From assembly GCA_951406725.2 (NCBI GenBank), contig OX597827.1, positions 72,602,001-72,666,000 of the forward strand: DNA of 64,000 nt, written 5' to 3'. Positions 26,700-41,900 of the stretch are shown piece after piece. A model generated the notes under the pieces. The model did not search any database. It was not told the origin of the DNA and saw only the letters and a list, made by a program, of their open reading frames with translations. Position 1 is the first letter of the stretch. The number at the start of each line of letters is the position of its first letter. Made by a program: the position numbers and the translations under genes. Origin of the DNA: Octopus vulgaris (lineage: Eukaryota).

Positions 26700-27200
26700 T
26701 GGAGTGGAAATGGCTGGTTTTGGCTGGTGTATTGGCTTGTGTGGTTAGTGTGTTGGAATGTTGGTTGATGTGTAAACGTATTGGTTGGTGTGTAAATGTG
26801 TTTGGTTGGTGGCTTGGAATGTTGGTTAGTGGGTTGGAACACTGGTTAGTGTGTTGGAATGTTGTTTGGTGTGTAAGTATATTGGTTGGTGTGCTGGAAT
26901 GTTGGTTAATGTGTAAACGTATTGGTTAGTGTGTTGATGTGTAAACGTATTGGTTGGTGCGTTGGAATGTTAGTTGGTGCGTTGGAATGTTGGTTAATGT
27001 GTTAATGTATTTGTTGGTGTGTAAATGTGTTTGGTTGGTGGGTTGGAACACTGGTTAGTGTGTTGGAATGTTGTTTGGTGTGTAAGTATATTGGTTGGTG
27101 TGCTGGAATGTTGGTTAATGTGTTAATGTATTTTTTGGTGAGTAAATATCCTGGTTAGTGTGTAAATGTATAACATGATGTGTTGGAATGTTGATTGGTA
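26700..27200 (+). repeat. Degenerate minisatellite of about 20-22 bp (ttggttggtgtgttggaatg)
   Basis: Directly visible GT-rich tandem units. Confidence 0.8.
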
Positions 27201-28100
27201 AAAAGAAACTATATTTTTTAGGTTGTACTATGCAGTCCTTACCTTGAAGCAACATCCTTCCCATCCTCCCTCAAATACTCCCAGCAAAGAGACCCGCGAG
27301 ATATAGATTTAAAAGATGGGTCTTTTCTGTTTGGCTTTCACTTTTCAATTCCTTCAATTTTGTTCCAATTAATTTCAGGTTTGGTGTATTTATGTAGTTT
27401 TGTATGCTAATTATGGAAACGAAATTCATTTTTGCCTTAAATTAATAAGTAAAAAGTTAATAACTTTTAAAGTTTGCAAATTTGGGGTAATTTTAGCCAA
27501 TCGAAAACCACAGACATATTGGTGCCTGTTCCCATAGTAACAATCTAAGCACTTGTGTTGCTTGCTTACTTGTCAGTTGCGAATTTTTCGTATATGATGG
27601 AGAAATTGAAGACCAAGGTATATGTGGTTGATTGGGCAGACCTATAATCAAAAGGAATATTCTAATGCTGAACACCTAACAGTTTTAATGCTATTTTGGA
27701 CAAATATAGGCGTAGGAGTGGCTGTGTGGTAAGTAGCTTGCTTACCAACCACATGGTTCAGGGTTCAGTCCCACTGTGTGACACCATGGGCAAGTGTCTT
27801 CTACTATAGCCTCGGGCTATAGTAGAAGACACGATCATGCCCTGGTATCGTATAAAAATTTGCTAATGAGGTTCTAATAAGACGGAAATATGTCTGAGAG
27901 TTGCCTCTCAATCATGCTGAATCACATGTGACAAAATGCTGAATAATCAGGTGTGACATAACACTATCCAGGCAAATGAGATATGTCATAAATTCAGCTA
28001 AGTAATCATATGGGACAGGACACTAAGACATGGAAGAGACAGGCAGACAGATGGATAGATGAACAGTGAGAGATAGATAGATAGATAAATAGATAGATAG

Positions 28101-28720
28101 AAAAAGAAGTGGAAGGTATTAAAAGGAAGTGGGAGGTATGAAAAGGATGTGGGCGGTATTAAAAGGAAGTGGGAGGTATTAAAAGGAAGTGGGAGGTATG
28201 GAAAGGAAGTGGGAGGTATGGAAAGGATGTGGGAGGCATGGAAAGGATGTGGGCGGTATTAAAAGGAAGTGGGAGGCATGAAAAGGAAGTGGGAGGTATG
28301 GAAAGGATGTGGGCGGTATTAAAAGGAAGTGGGAGGTATGAAAAGGAAGTGGGAGGTATAGAAAGGATGTGGGCGGTATTAAAAGGAAGTGGGAGGCATG
28401 AAAAGGAAGTGGGAGGTATTAAAAGGAAGTGGGAGGTATGGAAAGGATGTGGGCGGTATTAAAAGGAAGTGGGAGGTATGAAAAGGAAGTGGGAGATATG
28501 GAAAGGATGTGGGCGGTATAAAAAGGAAGTGGGAGGTATGGAAAGGAAGTGGGAGGTATGGAAAGGATGTGGGAGGCATGGAAAGGATGTGGGAGGTATT
28601 AAAAGGAAGTGGGAGGCATGAAAAGGAAGTGGGAGGTATTGAAAGGATGTGGGCGGTATTAAAAGGAAGTGGGAGGTATGGAAAGGATGTGGGCGGTATT
28701 AAAAGGAAGTGGGAGGTATG
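28101..28720 (+). repeat. 20-bp purine-rich minisatellite (aaaaggaagtgggaggtatg, 31 units)
   Basis: Exact 20-bp periodicity with a few variant positions. Confidence 0.95.
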
Positions 28721-28839
28721 AACGCTCTTTTTAATTAAATTCTTCCTCTAAAAAAGGAGCTGGTTTCTTACAAGGATAGGAAGCTCCATCATTGGAATGT
28801 AGATAATGAAAACTATGTTAACAATTTAAATTTGAGAAA

Positions 28840-29320
28840 AGTATGTATGTATGTATGTATGTATGTGCGTATGTATGTGTGTTCGTGTGTGTATGTATGT
28901 ATTCAGATTTGTGTGTGATGCATGTGTGTGTATATGTTTGTTTTATATATGGGTGTTCATATGTATGTATGTTTTGCACGTGTGTATCCATATATAAGTT
29001 TGTGGATGCGTGTGTGTTTGTGTGTAGGTGTTTAGATTGCTCGACATCTATGCAATTATTGTCTGAGTCTGTGGAGTGTATACAAACATGTGTGTGTATG
29101 CACCCTTCCACTTGTTCTGATGCATTTGTGTATATATATATATCTATATATACAGAAATATACACACACACACATATATATATACATACACATACACACA
29201 CACACATATATACATATATATATATATATGCACACACATATACACACACACACACACATATATATATACACATGCATATATATACACACACACACACATA
29301 TATATATATACACACACATG

Positions 29321-29365
<45 letters not shown>

Positions 29366-29578
29366 TACATACATAAATATATGTATGTATATATATATAT
29401 ACATACATAAATATATGTATGTATGTATATATATATATATATATCCATACATATATATGTAGATAGATACGTACATATATACATACACATAGAAACATAC
29501 ATGTATATATACATAAATATACATATAGATACATATACATATATACATGCACACATATTTATATATATACATATATAC

Positions 29579-29610
<32 letters not shown>

Positions 29611-29880
29611 GTACATATATGTATATACATATATACATATTTATATGTATACACATATACATACATACACACATATCTATATACATATATATCTATATAC
29701 ATAGTCATATATATACATATATATATATATGCATTCATATATATATACATGCATACATATATACACATATATACATATACATATGTACATAAAAATAGAC
29801 ATATATATATATATACATATATATATGTACATATATACACATACATACACACACACACATACATACATACATACATAGTA
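28840..29880. repeat. Compound (TA/CA/TATG)n microsatellite in the presumed 3' UTR or downstream region of the SH2 gene
   Basis: Directly visible. Confidence 0.85.
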
Positions 29881-30005
29881 AAGAAATGTATCAATCAATA
29901 AAGAAACATATATATTGATTACTGTAACCAGTCACAATTACATAACATCAAGCAATCAAATGTGGAATAATGTTAATGAATCAAATGTGTTGCAGGGTAA
30001 ACCAG

Positions 30006-30140
30006 TCAAACGCTGGGTGTCTTAGCTTTCTCTGGAATGTACTTTAGAGTCGTGCAAGAGTTGCTGTTGTTGGCCGCCGCCAGCAGAAGTAGGGGTTCCG
30101 TTTCGTAGTAGTTAATCAGATCTTGAATAGTGTTGAATTC
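30006..30140 (-). CDS. Last coding exon of SH2 adaptor ([44 protein letters not shown])
   Basis: Acceptor ctgtttccag; 45 codons ending in TGA; SH2 alphaB helix plus the PLLL..L.Y tail typical of BLNK/SLP-76. Confidence 0.9.
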   Translation of the reverse strand, partial: EFNTIQDLINYYETEPLLLLAAANNSNSCTTLKYIPEKAKTPSV

Positions 30141-30977
30141 CTGGAAACAGACAGTTTTATGAGTTACAGAATAATAATACTTCACAGAATCAGAATGTGG
30201 TGGTGATGATGGTGATGGTGGTAATGGTGGTGGTGGTGGTGGTTTAGTAGTATCTGTGTTGGCAAGGGTTGTAGTAATACTAGTAGTGGTGGTGGTAGTG
30301 GAGATGGTAGTTTAGTGTTGCTGGTTGTAGTCGTTGTGGTAACAGCAGAGGTGATGCTGGTTGGGGAGGTGGTAGTAGTGATGATGATGGTGGTGGTAGT
30401 GGTGGTGGTAGTGGTGTCGTTTATAGTGTCAGTGGTTGAACTGTTAATGGTGGTTTAGCTAATACATTCTAAGTGGATTTGATAGACGAAAACTGTGTGG
30501 AAGCCCACTGTGTATATATATATATATATATATCATTCTCATCATCATCATCATTTAATGTCTGTTTTCCATGCTAGCATGGGTTGGACGGTTTGACCGG
30601 GGTCTGGGAAGCAAGGATGCTGCACCAAGCTCCAGTCTGATCTGGAAGTGTTTCTACAGCTGGATGCCCTTCCTAACACCAGCCACACCGTGAGTGTAGT
30701 GGGTGCTTTTTACGTGCCACCAGCACAGGTGCCAGGCGAGGCTTGCAACGGTCACGATTGGTTGGTGCTTTTTATGTGTCACCGGCACAGGTATCACAAC
30801 TACAATTTACCTTTGATTTTTTTGATGTTGATGTACATATATATATATCGTCATCGTTTAACATCTGCTTTCCATGCTAGCATGGGTTGGACGATTTTGG
30901 CTGAGGGCTGGCGAACCAGATGGTTGCACCAGGCTCCAATCTTGATTTGGCAGAGTTTCTACAGCTGGATGCCCTTC

Positions 30978-31027
<50 letters not shown>

Positions 31028-31612
31028 GGTGCTATGTCTTTTTTGTCCGACGTCACTTCATCAAACCTCTTTTTCTTCATGTCTATTCGTCTGATGATTT
31101 TTTTATGTCTGACAACAAAACCTATCAATAAAATTCTCAATGATTATTTGATTTTGATGTTCACCACCTTGTTTTTTAACGAGTTTATTTAAAATTGGAC
31201 AAGATGTCATTCAACAAATAAAAAATCATCAGACATAAAGACATTGGACTGAAGACGTGGACGAAGTAATGTTGGACAAAGTGACACTGGATGCAAAGTT
31301 GAGCCATGATATATATATATATATATATATATAACAATAATTGAGGAACGACCACAATAGGCCGTTCGACCCACTAGAAAGAGCAGCCAGGGCTCCAACC
31401 GCAAATAGTAGTAATTCCGAAATTACTACTACTACTATTTGCAGTTGGAGCCCTGACTGCTCTTTCTAGTGGGTCGAACGGCCTATTGTGGTCGTTCCTC
31501 AATTATTGTTAAATATATTTATAGTCTCTGACTATTTCCTCTTTCTCACTAGACCGCTGGTGGCAAAATAATTTCTATTGAATTTTTTGCTACCCTAAAT
31601 TGATTAAAATAA

Positions 31613-31643
<31 letters not shown>

Positions 31644-34600
31644 ATATATGTGTGTGTGTGTGTGTACTTTACTCTGCTTGACCATTGGTGTTGGTTTGTT
31701 AACATCTCCATAACTTAATGCTTCAGCAAAATAGATCAATAGAATAAGTAGTAAATTTTAAAAACATACTGGGGTTGATTTGTTTGGCTAAACCCTTCAA
31801 GGATGCGCACCAGCATGCCCACAGTCTAGTGACTGAAGCAACTGATACACACACACATCATATCAAAAAAGAAACTGACCACACAAAATTCAAGAAGTCT
31901 TTGGACAAATTCCTTCAAACAGTCCCGGACAAACCACCCACACCTGGATATGTCTCCGCAAACAATAACTCTCTGCTCAAATGGGCCTTGGTACCCAAAT
32001 CCTGAATTGAAAGACTTCGCCAGGTGGTGCTATTAAGTTAGACATGGCCTGGGCCAATACTGGCCAAAACCTTTCTAAGTTATTCTAAGTTATATATATA
32101 TATATATATATATATCAAATGGATGTGTTATACAACTATTCCGCACATACAATAACAGCCATACCAACAATCCAACATACTGCCATCATCAGCTGTCCCA
32201 CGGATATCACAATGGTTTCGACACCTGGGCAATACCACTCAATCCAGTGGTATCAACAGCACTTAAATAAGTGTTGTTTGGGAACAAACATACCTTAGAT
32301 ATCACCACATTCATTCAATCTTAATTCTAGGAAGGATTAAACACTAACATTATTAATTAAACTACAACAAAGAAACACATTTATCCTATGTACAAAAATA
32401 GTATCGGTAAATTAATAATTCTATAAGTAAACCTATAATGAATTCCTTATATACTTACAATTTCTGAGTCCTTTTTCTCTCCAACAACAAATTTTCCACT
32501 TTCAAGATGTCGGATTTTGAGTCGGTAAAAATGGTCATTGGAGTAAACAGTCAATGTAAATGGATGAGTGACTGATGCTTGGCTGCTGTCTCTCAACAAG
32601 AAGGCACCATTCTGTGATAAAGGAGCAAAGAAAAAGACTGTAGTTGTTTAGACAGGACGCAATTGGCTGGTTTTTTTTTCTCTATGGAATAGGAGGTACA
32701 GTGTCTTTCACAAACACACACGCATATAGACAGAGAGAGGGAGAGACAGAGATATATAAATAATATATATACCATGTATAAGATTATGAGGCAAAGAAAA
32801 GATATAGAAAGAAATAACGTGCAGAGTCAGACAGGCAGAGCACAAGCCTGGAAAAATGTAGAAATATAAAGGGCGAAAAACAACAATCAAATAAGTGTAT
32901 GATGAAGATAAATTATACCAATAGAAGAAACAGATGGCTATCTAATGTTTCAGGTGACACCATTTATGAAATAGAAGAAAATGAACATAAGAATGGAAAG
33001 TAAGAATAAAATATAAAAATTAGGAAGAACACACACACAAACACATGTTTATGAAGGTAAGCCTTACCTGTTTAATTTCATTCAGTAAACTTTCCTCTGC
33101 TTTGCGGCCTAATTTTCCAAAGTACCATGGTTTATTTTGCAGGAACAACTGCAACATAAATAGATAGATAGATAGATGCATGTATATATATATATATATA
33201 TATATACATACACATACAAAGTCAGATACATACATACATGCATATCTTGTATACATGCATGTATCTCAAATGCCAGACCATCTGAGGAGTATTTTGATGT
33301 TAACAGCCTTTTTGTTTTTTCAAAACAGGCAGAAAAGTATCATTCTCAATCAAAATCCATAGAGAATATGAATGTAAGATAAAAGATAATAGCGAAATAC
33401 AGCCACCACAACAAATATTTACTAAACAAGCTATAAGAATGACATACAGCAATAGATTAACTGAATAGATATAAATATTTAGATCAACTAAAAGTCTACA
33501 TCCAACAAGAAGTTTAAGACAAACCTAAGCTTCAGCATGCAGTCCTGATCAAAAGACTTTAGCATCAACATACTCCTCAGTTGATATTTAGGTAATGACT
33601 GCTGTTTAACTAATGAGGGAGCCTTTATTTGGTCACTTGACACCAGCTGAATTTCCTTTAAATCACATCCTATTATCTTAAAATAGTACAGAATATTCAC
33701 AGCTAGCTTTATTATCATTTAAAATTAAATTTCTATATTTCACTAAAGCTACTACTTGCAAAATCATTCTCTGCTGTTTTAAAACACGAAAGACCCACTA
33801 GACAATGTAGTCCAAGATCCTCTATAACCAGAACCTTAAAAATCTAGGGAGAGTATGAATGTAAGATCAGAGAGATAATGTCAAAATGCAGCCACAAGAA
33901 CAAATATTTATTAAATTATAAGAGTGACACATATTTAGATCAGCTACAAGTCTAGATTCAACCAGAAGTTTAAGACACACCCAAGTGAAAATTGTAAGAT
34001 GGTCATGGATGGAACTCAACAGTAACATTGCTGATAAAATCTGATTAAAGATGGCAATATCATGGGTGGAAAGGGTTGTGTTTATACATTTGCAAGATCC
34101 TGGCTGACCTGAATGTAGTTCAAGACGTACTGATTGTAAAATAATAAACATACTTAATGGACAGGTCTGATGTCAGTGTATTTATGTCTCTACAGCTTAG
34201 TGGTTTGACCAAAGAGACTGATAAAATAAGTAGCAGTTACTTAAGTTCGGTTGCTGCTATAAAAGCTATTCATCTCTTTGCAATATTCAATACATACATA
34301 AATGGATGTGTTGACACTGATGACAGTGGCACAACGGTTTTTTTGTAGAATGATAGTCTCATTGCTATGATCCTGTCATTGAGTAGTGTTGGGTCTTCTT
34401 CCAGTTGTGGAGTGATGGAGTTCCTCATTGCGAGATCAATACCAGGCTCCCTGATTTTCTTCCTTCCTCCCACCCCAGGAGTATGTATTGTTGGGATCCA
34501 CCAAAAGGACATATATAGGACCAAAACAGTGGGGCAATGTCCTTTACACACACATCAATCATACAAATACTGTGTATAAGATTATGAGAAGATTATGAGA

Positions 34601-35308
34601 CAGAGAAGAAATACGGAAACAAATAATATGCAGTGTATCTCTGAATTACAAATGCAACAGAGTTTGCCAGCTGAGTGGACTGGAGCAACAGGAAATAAAG
34701 TGTCTTTGATCATAGACCTGCTGGATCAGGGCTGACCTGTGGCTACACAATCATCATCATCATCGTCATCATTGTTTTAATGTCTCTTTTTCAATGATTG
34801 TAAAGGTTGGTCAGAGTTTGCTGAGGCAGATTTTCTACAGCTGGATGCCCTTCCTGTCACCAACCTTCACCTGTTTCCCAAATAAGGTAATATTTCCCCC
34901 ATAGTCAGACATGTTTTTCATGGAAGATTAGAAATGAATGATAGTCATTTATAACAATTATGAGATGTCAAGACAAAGACACACACACACACACATACAC
35001 ATGCACATGCACACACACACACACACAAACACACACACATGATGGGATTCTTTCTGTTTCCATTTCCCAGACCCACTCACAAGAGTTTGGTTGACCTGGG
35101 GTTATAGTAGAAAATGTTTGCCCAAGGTGTCACACAGTGGGACTGAACCCCAAACCATATGGTTGGGAAGCCAATTTCTCAGCCTCATATCCACACCTAC
35201 ACCTATGACAATACAAACATCATTTTACTAATGTCCCTTATTATTCCCATCAACTCAACTATTGTTACCACACCATCACTGCCAACATCATTTTGCCTAC
35301 AACTGTTT

Positions 35309-35355
<47 letters not shown>

Positions 35356-36131
35356 GGGAATATAATTCCAAACTTAGAGGGAAAAATTCCATTTAGAAAT
35401 ACTAAATCAAATTTCACAAATATATATAAATTAGAAAAAAAACACCTTTTATCAATTCAACTATTAAAAAATTTAATTATACCATATAGAAAAAAATTAC
35501 ATCCTATAGAAAAAATTAAATATAAGATAAAAACATATACCAATGATTAAGTAATGTACATAATAAATAAAATGTATATATTTGGTAAAATGACTACATG
35601 TGTTTCGAGGGTATATTTAAGAACTATAACAGTAAAATCAATTCAATTTAAATATAGCCATATATATATATTTCTTTATTGCCCACAAGGGGCTAAAGAT
35701 AGAGGGGACAAAGAAGGATAGACAAAGGGCTTAAGTCAATTACATTGACCTCAGTGTGAAACTGGTACTTTATCTATCGACCCCGAAAGGATGAAAGGCA
35801 AAGTCAACCTTAGCGGAATTTGAACTCAGAATATAATGACAGACGAAACACCGCTAAGCATTTTGCTCGGCATGCTAACATGTCTGCCAGCTCACCGCCT
35901 TCACATAGCCACATATATGTATGTATATATATATATATGCAGGTGCAGCCGTGTGGTAGGAAGTTTGCTTTCAAACTTCATGGTTCTGGGTTCAGTCCCA
36001 CCGTGTAGCACTTTGGCCGAGTATTTTTAACCATAGCCTCAGGCCGACCAAAGCCTTCTGTGTAGATCTGAGTTTTTCCCATGGCACAATTGCTAAAGAC
36101 TTGCTGAACCTTCTGAATGCCCTCAGCTTAA

Positions 36132-36179
<48 letters not shown>

Positions 36180-38737
36180 TGTGTGTATGCGTGTGTGTGT
36201 GTGTTTGTCCAGCATCAGTTTTTGACAGCTAGTAGAGTCGATGTGTCTACATCCTTGGATCTTGTAGTTTGGTAAAAGATGCCAATAGAATAAGAACCAG
36301 GGTTTAAAAGTAATGAAATACTGGGGTTGATGCATCAGACTTAAAATTCTTCAAGATGGTGCCCCAGAATGGCCACAGTCTAATGACTGCAACAAGTAAA
36401 AGAGACAAAAGAATTTAATACACCCTGAATACTCTATTGGAACATACCCGGGCATCACAAGCATCAGCGTAAACCTCTCTTGGGTCTTCATCATCTGTGT
36501 CATCCTACAATAGATAACAAAACAATTTAGAATTCATACATCATTGAAACTGCACCTATATCAAGGAACTGAGGTAGCAACTGCATTTATCATCCCAGAT
36601 CTGAGAGTAATACTCCATTGTGGGTCCTTCCTCGAATTTTGTAGAATGTCAATAATTTTGGGGTGACAGAAACTTCATCTGGTCCTGACGAGAAGGACTT
36701 GCTGCTGGATTGTAATTCAAGCTTATGTTCATCTCTTTTGAACCAACCTACCTGAGACCATCCTTGGTCTTTGATGATACAAACTTTGTTACAAAGTGAG
36801 CTGAATTAAAAATCTCCCATCGAATTTACCTGTTAATTTATGTTTAAAACACCAACTTAATAAGGGCAAAATTATTTTATTTGATTATTTTGAAAATTAA
36901 TTGAACCACAGGCAGTGTAATTAGAGCAGAACTGCAACGTGCATTCAAAAAGGATCTGGCTTTATATTTTTCTGTCAAAACTAATACTGTATGGGCAAAA
37001 TTCTTTGGGTGGAAGGTGACGCCTGCAAGAAAATTTTCATGTTGGTAGGCCTCATCAGTTTCTGGCTGTCATGCTTAGAATACAGACATGTAGTGCACAC
37101 TTGTCAGACTTTGGTTTTTATGCAAGATGACTGAACACGTTGAGCAGAGACCATAAACCCATGTCTCTTCACCAGTGATGATGTTCTTCGTGAAGTCTGA
37201 GTCACTGGGTGCACAGTCCAGCATGTCCTGAGCAATTTCCATGTGGTGTTGTTTCTGCTGCTTGTTTGTTTATTGAGCGAAGCAGTCTTCGTCCCAGAGT
37301 GGGAGAAGTCCGAAACATGGTCCTTTGCTATTCGTAAGGCCTGCAGAAGAGAAAGCAGGTCAACCCCCGACACCGAGAACATCGACGGATGGATGAATGT
37401 GCATCTAGGCTCAGCGGTTGCGTAGGAAGTCGGGGATAAGAAACAGGAAGAAAGTGTGAGAGAAAGTTGGAGCGAAAGAGTACAACAGGGGTCGTCACCA
37501 CCCCCTGCCATAGCCTCGTGGAGCTTTAGGTGTATTTGCTCAATAAACACACACAACACCCGGTCTGGAAATCGAAACCGTGATCCTCTGACCGTGAGTC
37601 CGCTGCCCTAACCACTGGGCCATTGTGCCTCCACTGCTTCTGCTGATCTGCCAACACCTTGGGGATGAATTTCGGTAACACTCTCCACATGCGCAAATCT
37701 TCCGTTAAAATGGAATGCATTGGTCCTGCTCTTATTCCCACTTCAATAGCAATTTCCTGGATTGTTACACAACAATCTTTCATGGCTGTTCATTGAACCT
37801 TCCCAATCAGCTCCACATTTCAGCCTGCCTGGGCATGTCCCATTCTCCACAGAGGTGTGGCCATGTTCAAAGTGATTGTACCACTCCTTGACCTGAGTTT
37901 GACCCATGGCAACATCGCCAAAGGCCTGCTGAATCTTCTGGATGGTTCCACCTTGAGTATCACCAAGCTTTTGGTAAAACTTGATGCAATATCTATGCCT
38001 GATGCATTTGGTGAAAACAAAAATCTTGCATGAGCGCACTTCACGTCTGTGTTTTAGGGGTAACAGCCAGGAGCTGACATGGCCCACTGGTGTGAAAGTT
38101 TCCACATATGTGCAGGAAGGGTGGTATCACCTTCCACCCAAGGGATTTTGCTCATGTGACATTAGTTTTGGTGGGGAAAGAATAAGTGAGATAATTTTTG
38201 AATTTTGTTACCTCATGGTAACAAAAGGGTTGAAGATGTATTTTTGTCAGGAGAGATCCTTTACATTGGTGAAACCCAACAATTCTGTTAGCAAAAAACA
38301 AAATAGATGGGATGGGCATGGAAGGGTGTATAATTTTGTATGTGGAGCATGATGATAATAAGAATAAAATATCTCTTACCTGCTCTGTGTTACTTGGTTG
38401 TGGGATTGATGAACTGCCAAAACTGTTCCTCTTGGGAGCTGCAATAAAAACAGCAAAGGGATGTTCAGTCACATAAGGTGTGTGTGTGTGTGTGTGTTTA
38501 TCTTTGTTGTTTAATGAATATGTTTATTTGGAATGCAAGCCACTATGTTTATATGCATCAGTACTATATATATATAGGTGCAGGAGTGGCTGTGTGGTAA
38601 GTAGCTTGCTTACCAACCACATGGTTCCGGGTTCATTCCCACTGCAAGTGTCTTCTACTATAGCCTCAGGCTGACCAAAGCCTTGGGAGTGGATTTGATA
38701 GACGGAAACTGAAAGAAGCCCGTTGTATATATATATG

Positions 38738-38822
<85 letters not shown>

Positions 38823-38890
38823 TATAAATAAATATATATACATATATATACATATATATACATATATATACATATATATATATATATATA

Positions 38891-38939
<49 letters not shown>

Positions 38940-41900
38940 ATTGTTTGTCCCCCCAACATCGCTTGACAACTGATGCTGGTGTGTTTACGTCCCCATAACG
39001 TAGCGGTTCGGCAAAAGAGACCGGTAGAATAAATACTAGGTGTTTCGAAAGAATAAGTTCTGGGGTCGATTTGTTTGACTAAAGGCGGTGCTCCAGCATG
39101 GCCATTGTCAAATGACTGAAACAAGTGAGAGAGATAAAAGTGATATATATATATATTAGTAGGGACAGACATCGATGTGTGTACATATATCCTGGGCTCT
39201 CCCATCGTTAGACGATGTATGAGAGTACTGCAATTGCTGAACAACCACACAGGGGCCGTATTAACAAACCACACTGGGGGTTTGTTAATAGGGATCAAAT
39301 GTTTGTGTTCACATCAGCTCACTCCCTTCATCAAATCGACATTACCTGTACAGATGCACCATGTGCCACATGTTAAATGACAAAATGATCATAGAACAAT
39401 GTGAAATGAAGTGTCTTGCTCAAGAACACAACAGCCAGTCTGGAAATCGAAACCATGATCTCACAATCGTAAGTGTAACACCCTAACCACTAAGCCATGC
39501 ACCTTCACACACACACACACACACATGGGTGAATTCTAGAAGTTTTGAGACTTTATTAGCTGTCTTAGATTATTGTAATCTAAGTATATCATTACTACAT
39601 ATGGCCTAGTGGATAGAGTAGCAGACTCACAGTCGAGGGATCGTGGGTTCAAATCTCAGACCAGGTGATGTGTGTGTTTATGAGCAAAACACCTAAGCTC
39701 TATGTGGGTCCAACAGAAGGTAATGGCCAACTTCTGCTGACTCTTTCGCTACAACTTTCTCTCACTCTTTCCTCCTGCATCTTGCAGCTCACCTGCGACG
39801 GACCGGCATCCCGTCCAGGTGGGGAACCTATACACCAAGGAAACTGGGAAACCCGCCCTTATGAGCCAGGCATAGCTTGAGAAGGAACAAACAACAACAA
39901 CAACAACACATCTAATAAGCTGACTTGCCAGCTACTCTCTATTCCAGACTGAAGGTGATGGCTCTAACAGCACTTTGAGCACCACATCCTAGGAGACACT
40001 ACCTGTCATAACTTACTAGTTTGCTGAATGCTGTTGGGACGGGAAGACAATTTAGATACTTGCTATGCAATAAAGACTTGTGTTAAACTACCGTAAATCC
40101 TCGAGTATAGTCCACCCTTGAGTATAATACGCAGGGAATTTTTTGGGGGCTGCACCTCTGAAAAACCTAAGCCTTGTGTATAATACACAAGCCTTCTCTA
40201 ATTTGAGTCAAGGAGGTCAATATAACGTCCTTGGTTTGTAAAACTGTATACAGTAACGTCCTTTATTATTAATGTATATATAACATAATGCAAACGTGTA
40301 GCTTTTTTGTGCATTTTGTTTGCAGAAAATAAAGAAATAACAGTAATAACATTTAATAAATGTTGCTTACTGCGAGTTATGAATGATTCTTTTATGACTT
40401 CATTGCTTTCAGGCTTAGCTTAAGGTATTTTTGCGCCCGACATCACAAAATGCGTCTGGATAAACATTGCCGGACAGCAAATAGAGACTCAGACATTGCT
40501 TAGAAAATATTTTTCATTTTTAACCTCGTATATTGTACGCACTAAGGATTTTGACCTTTAAATTTTGGGAAAAAAATGCGGATTATACTTGAGGATTTAC
40601 GGTAATCAAAAATGCTATAGAAATTTATGATAGCTTATGAATCAACTTTGTATGAGCTGTGAATCTGTTTTTCATATGAGTTCAGGCAAAGCAAATCCAC
40701 CAGGGGGTTCGTGATGACCCCCTTTTTCAATAGCAAGGTCATCATTTACATACTCTAGGTTCTTTTTGATGAGATGGTCAATAAAGAGTACCTGGTAACC
40801 AATATTTTTAGACCCAGTCCGCCACTGACTACTCTCTGAATAGGAAGGAGCGAGCGTGTTTTCTCTTGGTAGTTGCTATGGCGAAAGAAGTAGTATGGAA
40901 GACGAGAGTGAAAGGAATTGCAACAGGCATGTTCATCTCCAATCTCGAGCTAATTGACTTTTTCGTTTTCCACAAGAAATGGAAAATAAGGCTGGAGAAG
41001 AAATGCCTGTCGCAAAGTGTGTTTCGTAAAAGATGGAAGTCTATAGAAAAATATGTTGCGAGTGAAAGAACCTGTTTAAACGGGAATGTAAAAAAGGAGA
41101 AAGCAAAGTCTTCAGTGTGAGTATGTAGTTTGTAGGGTCAACCGCGTCCTCCACTTCATTTTTTGTAAATTACTCATTCTCATTAAATTGTATATATTTT
41201 AATTGTTTGTTTATTCATACGTTTTGTCTCATTCGATACCCTGACCCCAACGTTTGTTTTGTCTGTCCTCGTATCGTCCCCTCTTTTTCTCAACCTCATG
41301 GTTAATAAAGAAATTGACTGCATGTCTTGTAGTTCACAGCATACAGTATGTATGGCACGGCATTGTTAGTGAATACTTATTTTAGATCAGTAAAGAGATC
41401 TTAGTGTAAAAACTGTGTGTTTTTTTACTTAGAAGACACTAACCACACATTAGAATCTTTTAGTTACAAGAATAACTGGAGACCCCCAACACAGCATTTG
41501 TGAATAGTGCCATAGTAGAGCACCAACATACTTGCTGTAAGTATATGAAGGAATTTAGGTAAATCTGTTATAGCAAATACCAAAGCTAAGGTAAGCTGAT
41601 CCTAATGCTCTGTTAATATACTGTTAATATAATAATCCTTTCTACAATAAGCACAAGGCCTGAAATTTTGAGGGAAGGAGAATGTTGATTTCATTGATCC
41701 CCCAGTGTTCAACTAGTTCTTATTTTTATTGACCCCGAGAAGATGAAATGCATAGTTGACCTTGGAAGAATTTGAACTCGGTGTGTAAAGATGGACGAAA
41801 AGCAGCTAAGCAGTTTGTCTGGGGCGCTAACGACAATGCAAACTTGTGGCCTCTGTTAATATAATAATAAAATAATAAAAAAAAATAAATGCACCCTTTT

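Noticed and set aside
34270-34551. 93-aa ORF in the same orientation as the SH2 gene
   Set aside because: Matches RTE endonuclease motifs, has no suitable splice sites and is not needed for the exon phase chain.
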